A stretch of DNA of 64,000 nt from Anaerolineae bacterium (lineage in GTDB: Bacteria; Chloroflexota; Anaerolineae; UBA1429). The DNA lies in contig OY776562.1 in assembly GCA_963675785.1 (NCBI GenBank), positions 2,126,893 through 2,190,892 on the forward strand, in the 5' to 3' direction. The notes below the pieces were generated by a model. It did no database searches. It was not told the origin of the DNA and worked only from the letters and a program-made list of their open reading frames with translations. Positions 57,256 through 64,000 of this stretch are shown here, piece by piece (position 1 is the first letter of the stretch; every line of letters begins with the position of its first letter). The position numbers were made by a program, and so were the translations under genes.

Positions 57256-57306
57256 CGGGCAAAAAGCATAAAACAAGGACGCAGCCATTGATACTATGGC
57301 TGCGTC
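57256..57306 (-). terminator. Rho-independent terminator downstream of tRNA-Ser
   Basis: 12-bp perfect stem GGACGCAGCCAT/ATGGCTGCGTCC with a 7-nt loop, followed on the minus strand by TTGTTTTATGCTTTTT. Confidence 0.6.
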
Positions 57307-57311
57307 CTGAT

Positions 57312-57399
57312 CTGGCGGAGAGGGCGGGATTCGAACCCGCGAAGCTCACGCTTACACGATTTCCAATCGTGCGCACTCGACCGGACTATGCGACCTCTC
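57312..57399 (-). tRNA. tRNA-Ser (anticodon GGA), class II with long variable arm; 3' CCA encoded
   Basis: Acceptor GGAGAGG/CCTCTCC, discriminator G, CCA. Anticodon stem CACGA/TCGTG with loop TTGGAAA. T-arm GCGGG-TTCGAAT-CCCGC. 88 nt. Confidence 0.85.
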
Positions 57400-57411
57400 C
57401 GTGACTCCTGC

Positions 57412-57440
57412 GATTATACTCGTGCTCGTTCTACAGGCCA
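57412..57440 (-). promoter_or_regulatory. Promoter TTGGCC-N17-TATAAT for tRNA-Ser
   Basis: The -10 box lies about 12 nt upstream of the tRNA 5' end. Confidence 0.4.
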
Positions 57441-57528
57441 AATCATGCTCTGCAAAACCACCGTCCTGTAGGTCAAGGGCTGGGTCTGTGCTATAATGTG
57501 CACATGTGTTTTATTGTCAGGGGAGATT

Positions 57529-58731
57529 ATGACAGAGCTGCTTTTCAGACGAGACGCCTACCTTACTGAATTCGATGCTACCATCATTGAGCGTCGTACG
57601 ATTAAAGACCACCCGGCCGTCCTTCTGGACCGCACTGCCTTTTATGCAACTTCTGGCGGTCAGCCGTATGATACAGGCACCTTGGGAGAGGCTCATATTC
57701 TGGATGTCATCGAGGACGGAGCAGATGTTATCCATGTACTCGACCGCCCTCTAGAGCGTAATTCAGTTCACGGGCGTATCGATTGGGCAAGACGTTTTGA
57801 TCATATGCAACAGCACAGCGGCCAGCACGTGCTCTCTGCCGCTTTTGAAACAATCGGCGCAGCTACTATTAGCTTTCATCTTGGCGAAGAGACCTGTACA
57901 ATTGATCTCGACGCCAGCGACATGACCGATGAACAACTCGAAATCATCGAACAGCGCACCAATCAGGCCATCTTTGATAATCACCTGGTGCACATATCCG
58001 AATGCAGCCTGCAGGAAGCCGCCAGCCACCATTTGCGCAAGCTGCCCGAAGTAGAAGGGCTTGTGCGCATTGTTGATATCGAGAATTTCGATGCGACGGC
58101 CTGCTGCGGCACTCACGTGCGCAGCACGGGTGAAATCGGCTGTATTCACATTCGCGGCCTTACCAAACGCAAGGGCAGCACACGTATCGAGTTTTTATGC
58201 GGCTGGCGAGCCGTCCGCGATTACACTGAACGCGACCGTCTCTTACAGGCGCAGGCCAATCACCTCAGTGTGGGCATTCATGATTTGGGGGAATCAATTG
58301 TCCGTTTGGAAGAGGCTTCCTCGACGGCACACAAGAACGAGCAGCGCTTACGTCAGCAATTGCTGGATATGCAACTGGCCGACATCGCCGCATCAGCCAG
58401 CGCGCTGAATGGCTTTCAGTTAATTTGTCAGCCCTTGCCCGATCAGGACACCAACGGCATGCGCTACGCCGCCCAACAGTTACTACAAGAACCAGGGCGC
58501 ATCGTGCTCTTGGGCGTGACCGAGCCCAGCACACAGGTGGTTTTTGCTAGCTCGGCCGACAAGGCCCCACACATGGGCAATCTACTCAAAGAGGTATTGG
58601 CTGCTTTTGGTGGACGCGGCGGCGGCAAGCCCAATATGGCCCAGGGTGGCGGCTTTGAAGCCGACCAACTCGATCGGGTGTTGACAACTGCCAAGGCGCA
58701 AATCGTCACCGAAATCTCACAGGGGAGATGA
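57529..58731 (+). CDS. AlaX-L-type alanyl-tRNA editing protein (tRNA synthetase SAD domain plus DHHA1-like C-terminus)
   Basis: HxxxH...CxxxH zinc motif (HSGQHVLSAA...CCGTHV). Start at ATG 57529 with a GGGGAGA SD; the ORF-track start at 57496 sits inside a TATAAT. Confidence 0.8.
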   Translation: MTELLFRRDAYLTEFDATIIERRTIKDHPAVLLDRTAFYATSGGQPYDTGTLGEAHILDVIEDGADVIHVLDRPLERNSVHGRIDWARRFDHMQQHSGQHVLSAAFETIGAATISFHLGEETCTIDLDASDMTDEQLEIIEQRTNQAIFDNHLVHISECSLQEAASHHLRKLPEVEGLVRIVDIENFDATACCGTHVRSTGEIGCIHIRGLTKRKGSTRIEFLCGWRAVRDYTERDRLLQAQANHLSVGIHDLGESIVRLEEASSTAHKNEQRLRQQLLDMQLADIAASASALNGFQLICQPLPDQDTNGMRYAAQQLLQEPGRIVLLGVTEPSTQVVFASSADKAPHMGNLLKEVLAAFGGRGGGKPNMAQGGGFEADQLDRVLTTAKAQIVTEISQGR

Positions 58732-58735
58732 TTCT

Positions 58736-59590
58736 TTGCTCTACGAACTTGCAAAAGATGTGTACTATTGCGACGATTACCATGGATCGAATGTCGGCGT
58801 CATCCGCACTTCCAAGGGTGGCCTGCTGATCGACACGCCCATGCTGCCCCACGAGGCAAGTCAATGGCAGCGACGGTTGTATACCGAGCTGGGCATTGAC
58901 CTGGTTTACGGCGTGGTCAATACAGACTTTCATCCTGAAAGCATGTTTGGCAATCATGCCTTTATGCCCACCATGATCTTTGGGCACGAGGCTTCGGCCA
59001 AACCCGTTGCCAAATACGAGGCCTCACAGCTCGAACAAATCGCCGAGACATTCAAATCGCATAATCCCCTCGTGGCCGAAGAGCTGCTCGACATTGAGAT
59101 TGTTATGCCCAATGTCTTTGTTCAGGATCGTACTGTGCTGCACATGCCCGAGCGGAATATCGAAATTCTATTCTTGGAAGGCCACACGCCCGCTTCGCTC
59201 GGCGTTTGGCTGCCCGAAGAAAAGATCCTGTTTGTCGGTGATACCGTAACTGTCAATCAATTCCCCGACATGTCCAGCGCCAACACGCTGGCCTGGGTGG
59301 GTACGCTGAGGCGTATCCGCGAACTGGGCGCCGAACGTATCATCTGCTCGGAAGGCGGAGCTTGCGATCTGGAATCCATTGATGCACTGATTGAATACAT
59401 GCTCACCATGTGGCAGCGCACCCGGCGTTTATTCAATGAAGGCGCCAGCCGCCGTGAGTGCGTCGACAAGGTGGGGTTGACTGAATTTTTCCCTACGCCC
59501 ACCGAGAATTCGGCCGAGATCAAACGCAGGCGGCGAGAGAGCATCGAGCGAGTCTATACCGAAATCCGGCTCTCGGAGCGCAAGCGATAG
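58736..59590 (+). CDS. MBL-fold metallo-hydrolase-like protein (degenerate HxHxDH motif)
   Basis: ...VVNTDFHPESMFGN... sits where HxHxDH is expected. TTG start with an AGGGGAGA SD. Confidence 0.5.
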   Translation: MLYELAKDVYYCDDYHGSNVGVIRTSKGGLLIDTPMLPHEASQWQRRLYTELGIDLVYGVVNTDFHPESMFGNHAFMPTMIFGHEASAKPVAKYEASQLEQIAETFKSHNPLVAEELLDIEIVMPNVFVQDRTVLHMPERNIEILFLEGHTPASLGVWLPEEKILFVGDTVTVNQFPDMSSANTLAWVGTLRRIRELGAERIICSEGGACDLESIDALIEYMLTMWQRTRRLFNEGASRRECVDKVGLTEFFPTPTENSAEIKRRRRESIERVYTEIRLSERKR

Positions 59591-59653
59591 ACAAACTGAC
59601 TTGTGCGGCGCCCGGGCGATGATTGCCCGGGCGCCGTTTCATTGAGAGGCCCC

Positions 59654-60814
59654 ATGAGCAATGCTGGTTTGTACCTCCACATCCCCTTTTGCCGTGCCAA
59701 ATGCGCCTATTGCGATTTCTGCTCGTTCCCCCATCGCGAGGATGCCCATGCACGCTATATCGAGGCGCTGCTATGCGAGGTAGAATCACAAAAGAAACTG
59801 TGGGCGCAGTTTCATTATGATACGCTGTACATCGGTGGCGGCACTCCTACTAATCTGGATACGGCGCTGCTGGTGCAACTGCTAACCACCCTGCTAAGCG
59901 GGATACAACCGGACGAAATCACCATCGAGGCCAACCCGGGGACAGTCGATGAAAGCAGTCTTCGTGCCTTACGGCAAGTCGGTGTGAATCGGCTCAGCCT
60001 AGGTGTGCAGAGCATGAACGATGACGAACTGGCCACGATGGGACGCATCCACAACGCCGTTCAAGCTATCGAGGCCATCCGTGCTGCCCGACTGGCCGGA
60101 TTCGACAATATCAGCTTGGACCTCATTTACGGCTTGCCTGGTCAAACCCTGCATACCTGGGAATGTACCCTCGATGCTGTGGTGCAGTTGCATCCCAGCC
60201 ACCTCTCGCTCTATGCCCTCACCTTGGAGGAGCATGTACCCATGGCTCAACGTATTGCCCAAGGTGATCTGCCCAAATTGGACGAAGCTCTGGCCGCAGA
60301 CATGTATGCCCTAGCTCAAGAACGCCTTGCCAAAGCCGGTTACGCCCAATACGAAATCTCCAATTGGGCGCTGGCCGTGACCGGCGATGCCGACAAGCGC
60401 TTTCCCCGGCTGGCCTCGCGTCATAACCTGCACTATTGGCACAATGAACCCTACCTTGGACTGGGTGCGGCGGCCTACTCTTTCGACGGCCACCGGCGCT
60501 GGGGCAACACCACCGATCTTGATACCTATATGGAGAACGCCCTGCGGGGTGAACCTTGTATCGATGCCTCGGAAGAATTAGCGGCTGAGGAACACATGGA
60601 TGAGACAGTGATTCTGGCCCTGCGTTTAGTAGACGGGTTAGAATATGCCGAATTCGAACAGCGCTTTGGTCTAGATCTCAAAAAAGTTTATGACCAGGCT
60701 ATCGCTGCATCGGTGGAAGATGGCCTGCTAGAGCAGGATGAACGGGGCATTCGTCTCAAACCACAGGCATTATTGGTTGGCAATCGCGTCTTTGAACGCT
60801 TTTTAAGAGACTAA
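59654..60814 (+). CDS. hemW: Radical SAM heme chaperone HemW (HemN-like)
   Basis: LYLHIPFCRAKCAYCDFCS has the CxxxCxxC motif with the HemW-specific Phe; the YIGGGTP motif is also present. Confidence 0.85.
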   Translation: MSNAGLYLHIPFCRAKCAYCDFCSFPHREDAHARYIEALLCEVESQKKLWAQFHYDTLYIGGGTPTNLDTALLVQLLTTLLSGIQPDEITIEANPGTVDESSLRALRQVGVNRLSLGVQSMNDDELATMGRIHNAVQAIEAIRAARLAGFDNISLDLIYGLPGQTLHTWECTLDAVVQLHPSHLSLYALTLEEHVPMAQRIAQGDLPKLDEALAADMYALAQERLAKAGYAQYEISNWALAVTGDADKRFPRLASRHNLHYWHNEPYLGLGAAAYSFDGHRRWGNTTDLDTYMENALRGEPCIDASEELAAEEHMDETVILALRLVDGLEYAEFEQRFGLDLKKVYDQAIAASVEDGLLEQDERGIRLKPQALLVGNRVFERFLRD

Positions 60815-60848
60815 AAAAGGGAGAGGCCACTGGGTCTCTCCCTTTTTG
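60815..60848. terminator. Bidirectional terminator between the convergent hemW and CpXC-protein genes
   Basis: Stem AGGGAGAG(GCC)/(GGT)CTCTCCCT with a 4-nt loop, flanked by AAAAAA and TTTTT. Confidence 0.65.
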
Positions 60849-60868
60849 TAATATAGAGGCACGATACT

Positions 60869-62224
60869 TTACAAGCGCTGAATCATCCTCTTGGCTTCGA
60901 TCTGCTTGCGCACGTTATCGAGGTGGTCAGCCAATTCGTCGTCATCGGCACGTATGGCTTCCAGATTGTGGTCGAACATGGCCATAAAATCATCACTTAG
61001 CAAACCGCGGCTCTCTTCGAGCACCTTGTTGGTGCCGTCGGGGTATTCAGAACGCATAAGTCGGTTCAACAAGCGAATCTCCGGAGGCAGGTTCTCCTCC
61101 AGCACGCCCAAGGCCGAATCCATAATGCCGCGAATGCGCTTGGCCCGAGCCTCGTTACCCTGCTTTTCGGCAGCGGCAATATAGCGTGAAGCCACCACGA
61201 CAAAAGTCTGGTCGATCTGGCCGATATGCTCATGCAGGGCTGCATCCACATCTTCCGATGACAGCAGATCCATCAAGAACATGGTGGCGTTGTCTTCAGC
61301 CTCACGGGCCATGTTATTGTACCTGTCGATCTCTTCCAAAATGCGCGTCCGTAGCTCGGTTAGTTCAGCAGCACCCGTCTCATCGCCTTTGACTTCAAGA
61401 GATTCGATCTGGGCCGTGAGGTACTGGAAAAAACCGTAATCCAAATGAGAGAGATTCAGGCCAATAGACTGGATCAGCCGTTCGTCGGATTCGGCACCCA
61501 TCAAAAGCTCGATGACGTCCGCATAACTGGCATCCTCTGGGGCTGCCGAAGCAGGCATAGCTGGCTGAACGCGCTCCAGCAGCATATCGCGCAAGCCTTC
61601 GACTAACGTAGCCTCTTCATCCAAACCGCGTTCGCGATCACTATCGATGAGGGCACTCAAAAGCATGAAAAAGTCATAGTCCAGCTCGCCACGCTTTTCC
61701 TCAATCATGCTGTCGAATGATGTTTCGTCTTCCATGGCGTCGAAAAGGGCGTTCAAAAGCTCAATGCGCTTTTGTTGGGCCTCGATCATCTCGCGACTGA
61801 CACCATCGGCCTCCAGAATGATGTCAAACAGGCTGCGCAATGTCAGCGCACTGGTGGGGCGAAAAAAATAACCCTTGCGCCCTTCTGGCGGCATACTGTT
61901 CATCACAGCATTCACCAAACCACCCACCAATTGTTCCTGCTGGTCGACACTTATGCCCATCTCGGCGGGCACATAGGTAATCAGCAATTCCTTGGCAGGG
62001 TCATGGTACACCAGCGGTGTGCTAAGAAGGCCTCCAGCACCGCAATTCGGGCACACTGCACGATTCAGCTCGCCAGTAAGCAATTGCTCTTTGAGCTCTG
62101 GTTCTTGTCCCACATCGACGATAGTATGCAGATTCACCACAAATTGATGGTTGCATTGTGGGCAACTAACAGGGGTAGGCATCGCAGGGAACGCCATGGG
62201 TTCACTTCCTCCATATAAAGACAC
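60869..62224 (-). CDS. CpXC-domain protein (N-terminal CPxC...CPxC zinc ribbon plus a long acidic helical C-terminal region)
   Basis: CPQCNHQF...CPNCGAGG. The rest is rich in E, D and L with no motif I can name. Confidence 0.5.
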   Translation of the reverse strand: MSLYGGSEPMAFPAMPTPVSCPQCNHQFVVNLHTIVDVGQEPELKEQLLTGELNRAVCPNCGAGGLLSTPLVYHDPAKELLITYVPAEMGISVDQQEQLVGGLVNAVMNSMPPEGRKGYFFRPTSALTLRSLFDIILEADGVSREMIEAQQKRIELLNALFDAMEDETSFDSMIEEKRGELDYDFFMLLSALIDSDRERGLDEEATLVEGLRDMLLERVQPAMPASAAPEDASYADVIELLMGAESDERLIQSIGLNLSHLDYGFFQYLTAQIESLEVKGDETGAAELTELRTRILEEIDRYNNMAREAEDNATMFLMDLLSSEDVDAALHEHIGQIDQTFVVVASRYIAAAEKQGNEARAKRIRGIMDSALGVLEENLPPEIRLLNRLMRSEYPDGTNKVLEESRGLLSDDFMAMFDHNLEAIRADDDELADHLDNVRKQIEAKRMIQRL

Positions 62225-62226
62225 GT

Positions 62227-62916
62227 CTAGGAGCTCTTGCGGGCATCGAGGACACGCGCTAGAACGCGGTGTGGGTTAACGACGGTTGTCTCATACACCT
62301 GTACTGCGTTCAATCCGGCGCCAGCAGCCACCACACGCGACATCTCAAAAGTAATCAGGTCAGATGGCGAATGGCCGTCGCTATCGAGCACCATAGCAGC
62401 GCCAGCCTCTGTGCATATTTGAGCGACATGCCCATTGGTTAAAGAGTGCCCCTTACGGGCGGTGATCTCGATGAAACAGCCCCGCTCGGCGGCGAGGTAT
62501 GCTTCTTCCAGCGTCAAGAACCCGGGGTGGGCTAACACATCTACATCAGGGGATTCAATGGCAGCACGATTGGTGCCAGGGGCCACGGGTTCGACGGGTG
62601 TCTCACCATGTACCACCACAATCTCGGCACCCAGCAATCGAGCCTGACGTGCGAGCCTGGCAATGCTGTTAGGGGCAACGTGAGTCAGTTCGATGCCAAC
62701 GATGAGCTGGGTATCGAAATCGTTGGGCTGCTCATCGAGCACACGCCTGAGGCTGGATATCACCTCTGCCATATTCGAGGCATCGGCGTGATCCGTAATA
62801 GCGTGTGCCCGATAATCAAGCACCGAAACGCGACGAAGAATCTCGGATGGAAGGAGATCTCCATCGGAGAAAATCGAATGACTATGTAGATCAATGCGTC
62901 TGTTTTCGTATTCCAT
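62227..62916 (-). CDS. PHP-family (polymerase/histidinol phosphatase) metal-dependent phosphoesterase
   Basis: IDLHSHSIFSDG...HAITDHAD...IVVVHGE... Start at 62916 or 62934; both ATGs lie inside the palindrome annotated separately. Confidence 0.7.
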   Translation of the reverse strand: MEYENRRIDLHSHSIFSDGDLLPSEILRRVSVLDYRAHAITDHADASNMAEVISSLRRVLDEQPNDFDTQLIVGIELTHVAPNSIARLARQARLLGAEIVVVHGETPVEPVAPGTNRAAIESPDVDVLAHPGFLTLEEAYLAAERGCFIEITARKGHSLTNGHVAQICTEAGAAMVLDSDGHSPSDLITFEMSRVVAAGAGLNAVQVYETTVVNPHRVLARVLDARKSS

Positions 62917-62944
62917 ACGGCCTATGATACTCATAGGCCGTATG
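62914..62944. promoter_or_regulatory. 31-bp perfect palindrome CATACGGCCTATGA-TAC-TCATAGGCCGTATG spanning both candidate start codons of the PHP gene
   Basis: Read directly from the sequence; 14-bp arms with no T-tract. Confidence 0.45.
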
Positions 62945-62958
62945 CTGTCAATGAAAGC

Positions 62959-64000
62959 TTATTCGCCTTTGATGACCAACTGTGCACCATCACTGCGCCC
63001 AAACACATCCGGTGCGTACATCTGGTAAGCCGTGGCGGGCAACGCCTGATAGGTGCCCGGCGTGGCACACTGTACTGCATACACAAACTCGTACGTGCCA
63101 GCCGCCAACTGATCGGCAAATAAGAGTACGCGATCATCGCGCAATTCTACCCGGCTGGCCCACAGCGGATTGTACCAGGCCCAATAGTCGGACCAGCTAG
63201 ATTCACTGGTAAGCGAAGGACTGGAGACAAGCTGGCTGACAATATCCAGTTCTGGATCGAGAGCCTCGCAGCCTGCGGGCAGCGGGTCTTCGATGACCAA
63301 ATAGTGCAGATCTCGCGGCACTACCAAAGTCAGCTTGACCAAAAGCGTGTCGTTGACCGTAGCTGTGGTCACTGGCTCGTCCGAATCTGGCAAGACATAG
63401 CTGCGCGTGACATAGATGCCCCTGTCCAGCGCCTCGATATCCTCGGCTGGCACGTAATAATGCAGGAATGCGCTGTAGTACAATTCTCCTACACCGTTCT
63501 TCTCCAGCAGGATCTGGTTCACATCATCCAGGTTGAGATCCTCGATGGCAATGCTCACCGCCGCAGTCTGGTCGATAGTATCGGATGAAACCTCGCCCTT
63601 GATCCGTTCGACACCGTTCACAGAGGCACTCATGGTAAAAGACGCTGTAAGCTCACCTGTATTGAGCATGTGCTGTGTAAGAGCCAGGATTGACCACACA
63701 TTCTCCTGTGTCGTCGACCAATAGTCGCTCTCGCGAGCTGAAACCAGCCAGCGTACAGCGCTGGGCAAAAAGCCGTTCTCTGGGTCGAGTTGCTCTATGG
63801 CCAGCAGCACCACTGCGGAACTGCGCGTATTGGTGTTCATAGCCCAAGGCGAGTCTTCGTCTTCTTCCCAATGTACACCCGAAGCATCGAGGATGGCTGC
63901 ATCCACTAACTCATTGAGCAATTCGGTGGTACGCGTTGCATCCTCGTCGATATCATTCAGCGTCAGTGCTAACAGCGCCTTGGCATAGTGCGACATACCC
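62959..64000 (-). CDS. Alpha-2-macroglobulin-family protein, C-terminal part (gene continues beyond the right edge)
   Basis: The C-terminal region resembles bacterial A2M/YfhM thioester-domain and receptor-binding-domain regions. The ORF-track Met at 63996 is probably internal. Confidence 0.5.
   Translation of the reverse strand, partial: GMSHYAKALLALTLNDIDEDATRTTELLNELVDAAILDASGVHWEEDEDSPWAMNTNTRSSAVVLLAIEQLDPENGFLPSAVRWLVSARESDYWSTTQENVWSILALTQHMLNTGELTASFTMSASVNGVERIKGEVSSDTIDQTAAVSIAIEDLNLDDVNQILLEKNGVGELYYSAFLHYYVPAEDIEALDRGIYVTRSYVLPDSDEPVTTATVNDTLLVKLTLVVPRDLHYLVIEDPLPAGCEALDPELDIVSQLVSSPSLTSESSWSDYWAWYNPLWASRVELRDDRVLLFADQLAAGTYEFVYAVQCATPGTYQALPATAYQMYAPDVFGRSDGAQLVIKGE

Noticed and set aside
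57092-57376. 94-aa minus-strand ORF
   Set aside because: Runs across the tRNA-Ser terminator and into the tRNA itself.

Overview
This 64 kb window is mostly a roughly 58% GC bacterial chromosomal region with housekeeping operons. They include ffh-rpsP-KH-rimM-dprA, the dnaG-rpoD pair, ppdK, a fused glyQS, and a recO-aldolase-deoC-cdd-glmU cluster. Four tRNAs lie on the minus strand (Pro-GGG, Asn-GTT, Gln-TTG, Ser-GGA), and each has a recognisable promoter and/or terminator. A long-form SRP RNA (ffs) sits at about 52.8-53.1 kb; the ORF track misses it and covers it with spurious ORFs. No transposase, integrase or CRISPR array was found. Lower-GC modules of roughly 42-50% GC look horizontally acquired: (a) 53.1-57.3 kb holds an AbrB-like regulator, an ABC ATPase, an ABC-2 permease, an EamA transporter and a convergent SplB-like radical-SAM gene, wedged between ffs and tRNA-Ser; (b) 24.9-26.5 kb holds an ECF sigma factor with an RsiV-like anti-sigma factor, bracketed by two terminators; (c) 9.5-11.9 kb holds a cytoplasmic histidine kinase with a receiver fused to a CpaE/MinD-like ATPase whose P-loop lysine is replaced. 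Other unusual items: a PadR-GH57 branching-enzyme fusion with an upstream inverted repeat; an RBS-sequestering hairpin before an MFS gene; a 31-bp palindrome covering both candidate start codons of a PHP phosphoesterase; a MarR-regulated heterodimeric ABC exporter with twin palindromic operators; and a 1024-aa secreted multidomain glycosidase directly upstream of dnaG. All coordinates were cross-checked against ORF-track boundaries. All functional calls come from motif recognition by eye, with no database search.
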